The notes beneath the pieces were generated by a model. That model was not told the DNA's origin. It did no database searches and saw only the letters and a program-made list of their open reading frames with translations. DNA of 63,923 nt, counting the filler, from an uncultured Gemmatimonadota bacterium (GTDB taxonomy: Bacteria > GCA-2686955): assembly GCA_964490075.1 (NCBI GenBank). It is 3 parts of 3 records of this genome, joined end to end, with 100 filler letters (N's around TTAATTAATTAA, not from the genome) between each part and the next. Parts side by side here need not be neighbours in the genome. Positions count along the whole stretch, not along the records: positions 1 to 26,107 come from CAZBBK010000075.1; 2 more parts are not named here. One strand, given 5' to 3'. The translations under genes and the position numbers were made by a program. Below, in pieces: positions 1-9,530 of the stretch (position 1 is its first letter; every line of letters begins with the position of its first letter).

Positions 1-86
1 TCCTCGATCGGAATCGCTAGTTACGACCGGATTCCGGCCTTGATGCTACGACGCCTTCGCCTCTCCTCTCCCGACGGTGTCGTTCC

Positions 87-336
87 GCTGGCGTTTCGAT
101 CGGGAGCTTCGCCGCCCGGAAAGCGCCCGGAACGCCTCCCATCGGGCCCATGCCCATGCCCATGCCCGATTCGGGCAACGGAGTCGGGCAGGGGCAGGGG
201 CAGGGGCTCGCGAAGAAGTCCAGTCGAGACCGCCCCCCCACCCGCGCATGGAGCCCCGGAAGCCGGCGGACTCTCGCGGGGCCCGCGGTTCTTTGCGGAG
301 TGCGTCGCGCGAGACGCGCTATATCGAAACGCTAGG
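87..336 (+). mobile_element. MITE-like element copy 1 (~250 bp, TIRs CTGGCGTTTCGA...TCGAAACGCTAG, internal (TGCCCA)n/(GGGGCA)n hairpin)
   Basis: Terminal inverted repeats at 88-99 and 324-335. Colinear similarity to 22555-22795. Its right end truncates the integrase fragment at ~337. Confidence 0.7.
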
Positions 337-785
337 GATCCAGCCCCACTCTTGACAGTCCCAGAAGAAGGTCCGTGCGGCGGCGAGCTCTGCCGCCATT
401 GTCCGGGGTGACAAGAGCTGGCCGCCGCGTGGGTGGTCAATCCCGCGGGCGGTGTAGTCGCCGACCTGCATGCGACACACGGCGGCGACATACTCGGCGC
501 AGATGTCGCGCGTCCACTGCTCGGGGGACTCGACTTCTGCGTGGTGGACACCGAGCCAGCGGCCGAGCTTGTAGAGGTGGAGCCTGAGGTGGTCCCTGCT
601 TTCCAGCGTGGAAGTGCGGCGCCACCGCTCGACCCACTCGGCCCAGGCGGAGGCGACACCTTTGTTGATGCGCTGGTCCGTCCCATCCCGCGGGGGATGC
701 GCGACAGGCAGTGGTGCGACGAGGATGCCGTCGAAGGCCAGGGCTTTGGCGAGCTGGAAGTACAGCGATCGCTTTGCTGGAGCGG
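337..785 (-). pseudogene. Internal fragment of a second (Tn554 TnpB/RIT-like) tyrosine-recombinase gene
   Basis: Translation W..WVERWRRTSTL...LYKLGRWL...PEQWTRDICAEYVAAV...FFWDCQEWGWIP resembles the large partner integrases of tyrosine-recombinase transposons. Truncated at both ends. Confidence 0.6.
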
Positions 786-1565
786 CGGCTCGGCGCGGTT
801 GCGACGCGACTCCGACAGGAACAGCGGTCCCCGCTTCCGCGACAGGTCGCGACGACGAGCGAGGTACGCGGCGAGCAGCACGCCGGTCGTTTCGGAGTAG
901 GGCAACACCCGATCCTGCCTGCTCTTGCTCGTTTCGGCGCGGACGCGGAGCAGCCGATGGGCGGGCTGGACGTCGCCGGACTCCAGACCGCAAAGCTCCT
1001 CCCTTCGCAGCGCGGCATCGTAGGCCAGCGCAAGCATACAGCGATTGCGGATCCCCTCCTGTCGGGCCTCGTCGAGCAGTCGACGCCACTCCTCGTCGGA
1101 TGGGAGCCACGGAAGGCGCTTGCGACGAGCAAGCAAGCCGCGCTCGCCCTTGCAGGCGAAGCCCTTGCCGGCGGTGTACCGACCCCGACCCACGGGATTG
1201 GTGTCTCGCTGTCCCTCCTCGATGAGGAAGTCGAAGAAGAGTCGGATCGCCGTGAGGCGCTGCTGCATCGTGGCGTTGGACAACCCGGCACCTGAGTCGA
1301 GCGCGACCACACCCTTGCCTCGGGGGCCGGGACGGCTGCGCAGGTCACCCACGTAGCTCGCCAACACCCCTCGATTCGCGCCTACCGCGTCGACCTCGGT
1401 CCTCTCGCACCAACACAGGAAACCCTCAAGGCCCCGCCCATACGCCTCGACCGTGTTGGCGGCCAAGCCGAGCATGTGCTGGATCTCAAGCCACTTCTTG
1501 CCCTCCGGAGTGCCGTGCACCCTCGGAAAGCGGTCCCAACGGATCTCGTCGAAGCGACTGGCCAT
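785..1565 (-). pseudogene. Tyrosine recombinase (TnpA/XerD-like), C-terminally truncated
   Basis: AAGGAG RBS then MASRFDEIRW. SAM-like N-domain (NTVEAYGRGL) and YDAALRREEL (catalytic Arg box). Similarity stops at FLSESRRNRAEP, before the HxLRH box and catalytic Tyr. Confidence 0.8.
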
Positions 1566-1619
1566 GACACTCCTTGGTGCAGCCCCTCCGGCGGCGGTGG
1601 GGGCTGATTCCAAGCAACG

Positions 1620-1820
1620 CATATGATGGTTGGATTGCGCGCGTAGCGTTCGTCCATGAGGCGAAAAAAAGATGTTGCAGTGTTCTGGATTGAGATTGAG
1701 ATAACCAAGCTCATCGATGAGAAAAAGGTCGAAGCGCACGAGGTGGTTCAGCAATCGCTTGGTCGAACGATCGGCCAAGCTGGTGTACATCTCGTCGAAG
1801 AGATCGCTCGCGCCTTTTCA
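1620..1820 (-). pseudogene. istB: IS21-family IstB ATPase fragment
   Basis: LFDEMYTSLADRST..LL..L.RFDLFLIDELGYL then FFRLMDERY..NPTII, with a frameshift at the A-run near 1664-1670. Confidence 0.75.
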
Positions 1821-1904
1821 CCGGATGCGTTGGACTTGACGACTTCGAACGTGGGAGGGCTGGGCGTTGCCGTCAACCCCGTTTCTGGGACTTGACCGGC
1901 GTGT

Positions 1905-1970
1905 CGTTCTGGAGTCGGGCGGGGCATGGGCACGCGAAGAAGCGTGGTCGAGACCGTCCCCTACCGCGCA
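1905..1970 (+). repeat. Partial copy of the MITE-like element
   Basis: GGAGTCGGGCGGGGCATGGGCACGCGAAGAAGCGTGGTCGAGACCGTCCCC matches 180-240 of copy 1. Confidence 0.55.
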
Positions 1971-2152
1971 CGCCGCGCTCCCCCGCGCCCGCGCCCGGCC
2001 CCGACACAAAGCCCAGCTCCGCGCCCGGAACCGCGAGTATGGAGGCGTCGACGAATGGATCGAGGGCCGGGTCTGTTTCGAGATGGGCACCCGCCCCACG
2101 CCTGCGGACTGGCCCGATCCGCGGGTAGTCCCGCGGTTCCAACAGAGCAGAG

Positions 2153-3424
2153 TCAGGCTGTGAGCAGGGCCGCGGGAATGACGGCGATGCCGTCTTTTCG
2201 CCTGTAGGCTTCTTTGCCGGTGGTGATGATGCCGGCGTCGAGGAGGTCGGTGCCGATCGACTTGGCAAGCCACTCGAGGTGACGGGTGTCGGCGGCGTCG
2301 ATGGTCGCCGCGAGCTTCACTTCGAGGGCTACGATTCGACCGTCGTCTCGTTCGATGATGAGGTCGATCTCGCGTTCGCCGGCTCTGGTGCGCAGGTGTC
2401 GGACCCGTGCTTCGTTGGGCTGCGCATAGGTCCGCACCGAGAGGGTGACGAGCGACTCGAAAAGGGCGCCGAAGAGGGTGCCGTCGCGGGGGATCTTCGG
2501 CCCCGCTGGGGCGCCGTCCAAGAGTGCATCCGCGTTGATGCCGAGCAGGCGAGCGGCGAGGGCCGGGTCGGCGAGCTGATGCACGGGGGAGGCCGCGAGA
2601 CGGCGAAGACGATTTCGGGTTGGTGCCCACGCGGGCAGCTCCTCGATCATCCAGAGTTGCTCGAGGGCGGCTCGATAGGGGAGAGTCGTGCTCTTGGCGG
2701 ATTTGTCGCTTTCTCCGGCCGAGGCGGCGTCTCGGATCGACTCGTAGGAGGCGGTCGTCGACGATGCGGCGGCATAGGCGGTAAGCCAGCGGCGCAGGGC
2801 TTCCCGGTTGCGGACTCGGTGACCGACTTCGCTGAAGTCACGCTCGAGGATGCGCTCGAGGTAGCCGTCGAGTTGGGCGCGGAGGAGGCGGCCGGAAAGG
2901 GCGCGAATGGCGGGGAACCCGGAGCGCACGATCTCATCCGCGTAGTCCGCCAGGGTGAGCCGGGTGGTGCCCTCGAGCTCTGGGCGGCTGCCGGTCAGGA
3001 GATCAGCGAGTCGTATGGTCGGGGATTCGATGCCGCGCTCGGCCAGTGACATGGGGCGCATGCGAAGGGTGACGATGCGCCCGGCGCCGGAGTGGGTGGG
3101 AGCCTCGGCGGGAGCGGCGGAACCGGTGAGGAGGAAGCGGCCCGGGCTCGGTTTCTGGTCGACCGCGCGCCGAACGAGATCCCATGAAGTGGGGAAGCGT
3201 TGCCACTCGTCGACGAGGACCGGCTGGGCGCCGGCGGTGAGACGTTCCGGGGCGGCTTTGATGATCTCGAGTTGGCCTGGGTCGTCGAGACGACGCACCG
3301 TCGCTGCTCGGCGTAGGGCCGTCTCCGTCTTGCCGACCGCTTTGGGGCCTTCGAGGGAGATCGCCGGCAAGCCCTCGATCAGCCCGTCGAGCTCCGCATC
3401 GACGATTCGCGGGAGGTAGTCCAT
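2153..3424 (-). CDS. AAA+ ATPase (AAA_14) with C-terminal DUF4143 domain
   Basis: Walker A GPKAVGKT, VDEWQ, FLLTGSA, C-terminal FESLV...REIDLIIE...LEVK (PD-(D/E)xK-like). Confidence 0.9.
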   Translation of the reverse strand: MDYLPRIVDAELDGLIEGLPAISLEGPKAVGKTETALRRAATVRRLDDPGQLEIIKAAPERLTAGAQPVLVDEWQRFPTSWDLVRRAVDQKPSPGRFLLTGSAAPAEAPTHSGAGRIVTLRMRPMSLAERGIESPTIRLADLLTGSRPELEGTTRLTLADYADEIVRSGFPAIRALSGRLLRAQLDGYLERILERDFSEVGHRVRNREALRRWLTAYAAASSTTASYESIRDAASAGESDKSAKSTTLPYRAALEQLWMIEELPAWAPTRNRLRRLAASPVHQLADPALAARLLGINADALLDGAPAGPKIPRDGTLFGALFESLVTLSVRTYAQPNEARVRHLRTRAGEREIDLIIERDDGRIVALEVKLAATIDAADTRHLEWLAKSIGTDLLDAGIITTGKEAYRRKDGIAVIPAALLTA

Positions 3425-3544
3425 GGGGCTAGACTACCAAAAGGACGGCATCTACGCTACCGATCGGACGCCATCTGCCGGTCGTTTCGGACGTCCGCAC
3501 TCCTCGGGGCGCGGCAAGCGATACGAGCTTCCTGGGATCGCGGA

Positions 3545-5794
3545 CTATTTCAAAAGCACCACCCGCCGCGACCAGCGCTGCGAGCCGCTCTCCAGCAGCA
3601 TGACGTAGACACCCGAGGCCGCCGAGCGCCCGCTCTCGGTCCGTCCGTCCCAGACCACCCGGTGCTCGCCGGCGCTCAACGAACGGTTCAGCAGCTGCGC
3701 CACCTTGCGGCCGGTGATGTCGAGCACCGTCAGCCTGGTAGCTCCACTACGGTCGAGGTGGAAGCTCACGGCAGTGCGCGGATTGAAGGGATTCGGGGCG
3801 ACCCGCAGCCGAGCGCCGCGCGCCGCGGGAGGTGCGTCTCCCTCGTCGGCCAACCCCACCGGAACCCCCAGCTCGCCGAGCACTTGCAGGAACCAGGCCC
3901 GGGCGCCGGAAGGCCTCATGTAGAAGAGCGGCACGCCCAGGGTGTAGACGTCGCCGGCTCCGTCCGAGCCCGGGTGGCGCAGCGCCACCGGCCGACCCTG
4001 CAGCGAGGTGTCGCCACTGGCACTCACGAACGAGAGCAGCGGCTCGGCGCCCGCCGCCGGCTCGATGATCTCGGCCATCGGCATCGTCCCATCGGGCCAG
4101 AAGCGCTCCCACACCCGCAGCGCCGAGTAGCCGGGCGCCTCGGGATCGGCGCCGGCGAAGTCCTCGGGCACCACTCTCGTCACCTGGTCGATTCCCAGAA
4201 TCTCGCGGCCGAAGCTGCCCTCCTCGAAGGTGCCCGGGAGCTCATCCACGAGCGATCCGATCTCGGTCCAGGTCGAAAGCAGCAGGTGGCCGCCGCGGGT
4301 CTGGTAGGAGCCCAGCAGATCGCCGTGCTCCTCCAGCTGCAGAATGACCGGATCCTCGCCCATCCAGATCACCGTCGAATGGCCGCCCAGATCGGCAATG
4401 CTCAGCTCGCCGTGCTGCGCCAGATCGAGCTGCTCGTAGTCGGCGCCCTTCAGGTAGACGTCGATCAGGCTGTCCTGCACCGCCTCCTGCAGGTTGCCGT
4501 CGATCGTCTCGTCGATCACCAGCACGCCGCCCTCCAGGGTCAGCGGGGCATCGGCCGCCTCCGGCATCCACCAGCTCAACCGGTCGTCGTCGTCCAGCGC
4601 TGCCACCGACACGTGGACCAGCTCGTTGGCGCTCAGCCCGGTGATGGTCGCCGTGGTGTCGGCGATCTCCCGCTCCTCGGTGGGCACGCCGGAGATCGCC
4701 CCCCAGCGCAGCAGATAGCGTTCGGCGCCGAGGACCGCGGGCCAGCTCGCCACCAGGGTCGACCCGTCGCCGGCGTCGGTCAGCTCGATCGAGGGCACCG
4801 GCGCCGGGTAGCCGGCGGTGACCAGCGCCATCGCCAGGCCCACGCGCGTCACCTCGGCGCAGTAGTCGATGTCGAGGCGCCACATCTCGTCGCTCGAATG
4901 ATGCCAGCCGCCCCAGTTGAAGTCGGCCTCGATCAGGTTCACCGCCGGATGGCCGTGCTGCGAGAACGAGTAGTGGTCGGAGTTGCTGGGCCAGCCACCA
5001 TCGACCCAGGTGTGGTCGGAGTAGGTGTCGACCACGGCGCGCACCAGGTGCGTCTCGATGATGCCGCTGCCTCCGACCTCGATCTCGTCGCCGCCCTGCG
5101 GGTCATGGGCGACCATGTCGAGGTTGATCATCAGCCGCACGGTTTGACCGAGGGCCTCCATCGAGGACGCCATCCGCTCGCTGCCGAGCAAACCCAGCTC
5201 CTCGATGGTGAAGGTGGTGAAGCGCAGCGTGCGCGGCAGCGACAATCCCGCCGTCAGGCGAGCCATCTCCAGCACCGCCGCGGTTCCCGATCCGTTGTCG
5301 TCGGCACCCGGCGCAGGCGCGTAGGGATCGTCGATCGAGGGATAGTCGATCCAGTTGATCGAATCGTGGTGACCGCCCACCACCACCCACTCCGGTGGGG
5401 TCGCGTCTCCCTCGAGCTCCACGTAGATGTTGTTGCGTTGGAATCCCCGCAGCCCCACGCTCTGCAGGACCGGATCGTAGCCGCCGAAGGACTCGAACTT
5501 GCTCTCGATCCAGCTTTCGGCCGCCACCAGGGAGTCCGAGAAGGTGAAACGGTTGTCGAAGGCCACCAGGCGCTCCATGGTGGCCCGGATCGAGTCGGCG
5601 CTCACCCGCGAAATCAGCAGCGCGATCATCGGGTCGTAGGGCACGTGGGCGTAGCCGGACGCCGACTCGACGGCGGCCAGGAACTCCGGGTCCGGAGGGA
5701 CCGAAGGGCAGGCGCCGAAGTCGGCCGCGGCGGCCGATGACAGAGTGCCCGCGGCGATCGCGGCGGATGCAGTGAAGCGTGGCGCGAAGTACAT
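3545..5794 (-). CDS. Secreted M28 aminopeptidase with FN3-like domain and C-terminal FlgD/T9SS-like domain
   Basis: Signal peptide, GGHHDS, GADDNGSG, EELGL, INLD, SDH, C-terminal PNPFNP...WDG...SGVY...LLK. Start re-called at MYFAPR. Confidence 0.88.
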   Translation of the reverse strand: MYFAPRFTASAAIAAGTLSSAAAADFGACPSVPPDPEFLAAVESASGYAHVPYDPMIALLISRVSADSIRATMERLVAFDNRFTFSDSLVAAESWIESKFESFGGYDPVLQSVGLRGFQRNNIYVELEGDATPPEWVVVGGHHDSINWIDYPSIDDPYAPAPGADDNGSGTAAVLEMARLTAGLSLPRTLRFTTFTIEELGLLGSERMASSMEALGQTVRLMINLDMVAHDPQGGDEIEVGGSGIIETHLVRAVVDTYSDHTWVDGGWPSNSDHYSFSQHGHPAVNLIEADFNWGGWHHSSDEMWRLDIDYCAEVTRVGLAMALVTAGYPAPVPSIELTDAGDGSTLVASWPAVLGAERYLLRWGAISGVPTEEREIADTTATITGLSANELVHVSVAALDDDDRLSWWMPEAADAPLTLEGGVLVIDETIDGNLQEAVQDSLIDVYLKGADYEQLDLAQHGELSIADLGGHSTVIWMGEDPVILQLEEHGDLLGSYQTRGGHLLLSTWTEIGSLVDELPGTFEEGSFGREILGIDQVTRVVPEDFAGADPEAPGYSALRVWERFWPDGTMPMAEIIEPAAGAEPLLSFVSASGDTSLQGRPVALRHPGSDGAGDVYTLGVPLFYMRPSGARAWFLQVLGELGVPVGLADEGDAPPAARGARLRVAPNPFNPRTAVSFHLDRSGATRLTVLDITGRKVAQLLNRSLSAGEHRVVWDGRTESGRSAASGVYVMLLESGSQRWSRRVVLLK

Positions 5795-5913
5795 GGCTCG
5801 GCTCTCCTGGCGGGTATGGGCGTCGGCTTCGTACATCCTACGCCTGCACCGAGGCGGTGGGTTCGACAAGGGTTACTCTCTCGGCGAGGCGAGCAACCAA
5901 CTTGGACCGTCCT

Positions 5914-8619
5914 ATGATCAAGCCCATGGCACGCGCCGCACTGGCGCTTCTGACCACACTCCCGCCGGTCGCCGCCCTGGCCTCGACCACCCTCCGGGTC
6001 GCCACCTGGAACCTGCAAGAGGTGGGCGCGGTCGGCTCGCCGCAGTACGACGCGGCGCTGGATGTGTTGGGGCGGATCGATGCCGCCGTGATCGCCGTCA
6101 ACGAAATCTGGGACGACACCGACGCCGGGCGCCTGATCGATCTGGCCGCCGCGGCGGGTTACCCGCATCGCTTCGTGGCCCCTGGCGGACCGCTGGGCGA
6201 CATGCGCTCGGCGGTGCTCAGCAAGCACCCCTTCGTCGACGTGAGGGCGCGCAGCTCCGCCGATCTCTCCGGCGATTCCCAGGCCAACGATCTGACTCGC
6301 TACTTCATCGAGGCCCGCATCGATCCCCCCGGCTCGGCGCGCGACCTGGTGCTGGTGTGCAACCACTGGAAGGCGAGCTGGGGAGACGACGACGAGTTCC
6401 GGCGCGCGGTCGAGTCGCTGCGCGGCGCCCAGATCGCCTCGGCCTTCGATTCCGCCGAAGACGCCTATGTGATCGCCGGCGATCTCAACGAAGAGATCGA
6501 GGACGTGCCCCAGTACCCGACCTTCTTCACCAGTCTTCCCGACGGCCTTCCCTGGAGCTACCGGCTGGGCGAGGATCTCTACGAGCTGATGACCACCGAG
6601 GGAATCTACAACGATCCCTTCGAGCCGCTGAACGAGCACGCTCAGGCGGTGGACGCCTGGCAGCTGGACGGCCAGGACGCCACCCACCCCAGCACCGGCC
6701 AGCGCCTCGACTACCTGCTCATGAGCGCGGCGCTGGTCTCCGGCGGCGTCGCGACCGAGGTCTACGACTCCGCCGACGAGTGGCGCGGCGGAGGCCTGCC
6801 GAAGGCGGGTGATCCGCTGGGGGCCGGCACCAGCGCCACCGCTTCCGACCACCTGCCGGTGCTGGCCGACATCGTGGTGCCGGGCACCGGACCGGTGATC
6901 CTGCCGCCGCGGATCGAGCGGCACCGCTGGTCGCCGTTGCGCATGCCGTCCGCCGACCCCGAGCTCTCAGAGCGCATCGCCGCCAACCACCAGGCGCTGC
7001 GACCCGGCCACCGCGACGAATGGCGCGCGACCCCTCTCACGCCCGAAACCCCCGCCCAGGAGCGCTACGACGTGCTCCACTACACCATCGACATCGACGT
7101 CGACCCCGGCATCTTCAGCCGCGACATCGACGGAAGCTGCGAGATCACGCTGACACCGACCCTCGACGCGCTCGACGAGGTGGAGCTCGATCTCGACTGG
7201 CGCATGAAGGTCGGCGGCGTGTCGGACTCCGATGGCTCGCCTCTGCCCTACCGGCATCGTCTCGATCGCCTCAGGATCGAGCTCGACCCGGCGCTGGCGG
7301 TCGGCGAGGAAGAGACGATTCGAATCGAATACGGCGGATCGCCCCTGACCAACTTCTACGGCTTCGATATCTGGCGCTTGCGGCCGACGCCGGTGGTCTA
7401 CACGCTTTGTGAGCCGAACGGTTCGCGCACCTGGTGGCCGTGCAAGGACCTCCCCGGAGACAAGGCGACCGTCGACCTGATCATCACCATGCCGCAGAAA
7501 TATGTCGTTGCCGGAAACGGTCTCCTGGAAGGTGTACGCACCAACGACGACGGCACCAGCACCCACCACTGGTCGACGCGCTATCCCCTCGCCCCTTATC
7601 TCGTCGCCTTCACCGCCACCAACTTCGTGCTGATCGAAGACAGCTACGAAATGCTCGGCGGCGGCACCTTGCCCCTACTCTACTACACTTGGCCCGAGGA
7701 TGTGCGGCGCGCCGAGCGCGACGTGGCGTCGATTCCGGGCATGCTGGCGGTCTTCGAAGAGGAGTGGTTCGGATACCCCTTCCCCGAGGAGAAGTACGGC
7801 CACATGGAGACACCCCTGGTGGTCGGCGCCATGGAGCACACCACCATGACCAGCTACGGTCAGGCGCTCTATACCGGGACCGGCTACTTCGACTATGTCG
7901 CCGCCCATGAACTGGCCCACCACTGGTGGGGCGACCTGGTGACCTGCGGCACCTGGGACGACATCTGGCTCAACGAGGGCTTCGCCACTTACGCCGAAGC
8001 GGTCTATCACGAGTCGTTGGCCGGCTTCGAAGGCTACCTCGATTATATGCGCGCTCTGTCCCGCCCGCGCTTCTACGGTTCGATCTACGCGCCCAACCGG
8101 GTCCTGAACGACACCGTTTACGACAAGGGCGCCTGGGTGCTGCACATGCTGCGCGGGATCGTGGGACGCGAAACGCTGATGGAGATCCTGCGGACCTGGG
8201 GCGAGCGTTTCGCCCACACTTCACCGGTGACGGCCGACTTCACCGCGCTGGCTTCCGAGGTGGCGGGGCAGGACTTGAGCTGGTTCTTCGATCCCTGGCT
8301 CTACGAGATCGGCCGCCCGGACTACGAATACGCCCAGCGCATCCACCCGGCCGGAGAGGAGCGTAGCTGGATCCGGCTGCGGATCGAGCAGCTCCAGGAG
8401 GGCGTCGAGGCCTACTCCATGCCGATCACGGTGCGCGCTCGCGCCGACGACGGCACCCACCAGGACGTGGTCGTCTTCAACAGCCGGCGCGCCGAGGAGT
8501 TCGGGCTGATGCTCGGGGGACGAATCGTCGACCTGGAGCTCGATCCCGACGACTTCATCCTGGCCGATTTCCAGCGGCGGGATTGGGGCGACAACACTGG
8601 AGCGGTGATCGGGCGCTAG
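5914..8619 (+). CDS. Secreted fusion: exonuclease/endonuclease/phosphatase (EEP) domain + M1 zinc aminopeptidase
   Basis: EEP motifs ATWNL, NE, NHWK, AGDLN, LDY, SDH. M1 motifs GAMEH, HELAHHWWG, WLNEGFATY, YDKGA. Confidence 0.85.
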   Translation: MIKPMARAALALLTTLPPVAALASTTLRVATWNLQEVGAVGSPQYDAALDVLGRIDAAVIAVNEIWDDTDAGRLIDLAAAAGYPHRFVAPGGPLGDMRSAVLSKHPFVDVRARSSADLSGDSQANDLTRYFIEARIDPPGSARDLVLVCNHWKASWGDDDEFRRAVESLRGAQIASAFDSAEDAYVIAGDLNEEIEDVPQYPTFFTSLPDGLPWSYRLGEDLYELMTTEGIYNDPFEPLNEHAQAVDAWQLDGQDATHPSTGQRLDYLLMSAALVSGGVATEVYDSADEWRGGGLPKAGDPLGAGTSATASDHLPVLADIVVPGTGPVILPPRIERHRWSPLRMPSADPELSERIAANHQALRPGHRDEWRATPLTPETPAQERYDVLHYTIDIDVDPGIFSRDIDGSCEITLTPTLDALDEVELDLDWRMKVGGVSDSDGSPLPYRHRLDRLRIELDPALAVGEEETIRIEYGGSPLTNFYGFDIWRLRPTPVVYTLCEPNGSRTWWPCKDLPGDKATVDLIITMPQKYVVAGNGLLEGVRTNDDGTSTHHWSTRYPLAPYLVAFTATNFVLIEDSYEMLGGGTLPLLYYTWPEDVRRAERDVASIPGMLAVFEEEWFGYPFPEEKYGHMETPLVVGAMEHTTMTSYGQALYTGTGYFDYVAAHELAHHWWGDLVTCGTWDDIWLNEGFATYAEAVYHESLAGFEGYLDYMRALSRPRFYGSIYAPNRVLNDTVYDKGAWVLHMLRGIVGRETLMEILRTWGERFAHTSPVTADFTALASEVAGQDLSWFFDPWLYEIGRPDYEYAQRIHPAGEERSWIRLRIEQLQEGVEAYSMPITVRARADDGTHQDVVVFNSRRAEEFGLMLGGRIVDLELDPDDFILADFQRRDWGDNTGAVIGR

Positions 8620-9530
8620 AACCCCACCGCCAGATCGAAGCGGTGCGCAGCATCCAGGCCGAAACCGGTGTCTGTGAATGCGTAGCCGACCCGCGCTCCC
8701 AGCCTCTCGATCCGCAGATCGAAGCCGCCCGACCACCCTTCGGCGTCGATGCCGAAAGCGCGCCCGGCGCGCAGGCGCAACACCGGCGAGAGCCGCGCGT
8801 CGGCGCCGATCTGCACCACGCTGCCCGAGCCGCGCACCAGCGACAGATCGGCGAAAAGCGAGCCATCCAGCCGCCGCCGGAGGGCGGCCGGTGCATCGAG
8901 CCGCAGACCGGCCGCCGCGGTGAGCGGCAGGGGATCCTCTCCCGGGCCGAAAACCGGGCCGAGATGGCGCAGCGCGAGGCCGGCGGCGATCGGGCGGCCC
9001 TCGGGGGCTGCGCTCAGGCCCAGGTCGAAGCCGACACCGCTGGCCCGGTCGGTGTCGAGGCGCTGGGTCATGCCGCGCAGCGTGATGCCGCAGGCCAGCC
9101 CGGCGCGGCGCGGCGGCAGGGGACAGGCGTAGGAGAGGGCCGCGAATACGTCGGAGGGGGCGAAGGAGCCCTCGGGGGACTCGGTCGGGATCTCGCCGCG
9201 GCGCTCCAGCGATCCGTAGCCGACGACGGTCAGGGCCGCCGTGAAGCGGCCCGGCGCCAGATCGGTGGAGAGCGAGAGGTGATTGGCGGCGATGTCGGAG
9301 AGCCAGGCGGCGCGCGCGACATGCAGGAGAGTGCCGGTCGCGTCGCGAGCGGCGGCGGGATTGACCAGGAAAGCGCCGGCCTCGCCGCGGCTCGCCACGC
9401 CGGCTCCGCCGCGGCCGGCGATCGCCGCCCCGACGGGGATTCGAAGCGTGGCCAGGGTCGATTCCTGCGCAACCGCTCCACGCGCCCCCGCTAGGAGCGC
9501 TGCCGCCGTCAGCAGTCGAAGCATGCTCAT
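8616..9530 (-). CDS. PorV/PorQ-family outer-membrane beta-barrel
   Basis: Signal peptide, L.IPVGA...G.GGA...NPAA motif, alternating beta strands, terminal Phe (HRFDLAVGF). Start overlaps the upstream stop. Confidence 0.8.
   Translation of the reverse strand: MSMLRLLTAAALLAGARGAVAQESTLATLRIPVGAAIAGRGGAGVASRGEAGAFLVNPAAARDATGTLLHVARAAWLSDIAANHLSLSTDLAPGRFTAALTVVGYGSLERRGEIPTESPEGSFAPSDVFAALSYACPLPPRRAGLACGITLRGMTQRLDTDRASGVGFDLGLSAAPEGRPIAAGLALRHLGPVFGPGEDPLPLTAAAGLRLDAPAALRRRLDGSLFADLSLVRGSGSVVQIGADARLSPVLRLRAGRAFGIDAEGWSGGFDLRIERLGARVGYAFTDTGFGLDAAHRFDLAVGF

Noticed and set aside
145-207. PCPCPC / MGMGMG / AHAHAH peptide repeats in short ORFs
   Set aside because: Translations of the non-coding hexamer hairpin in the MITE-like element.
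21-1790. 589-aa ORF as a real IstB-integrase fusion
   Set aside because: It is a chance read-through of three fragments. The recombinase lacks its HxLRH box and Tyr, and the tail is off-frame low-complexity sequence.
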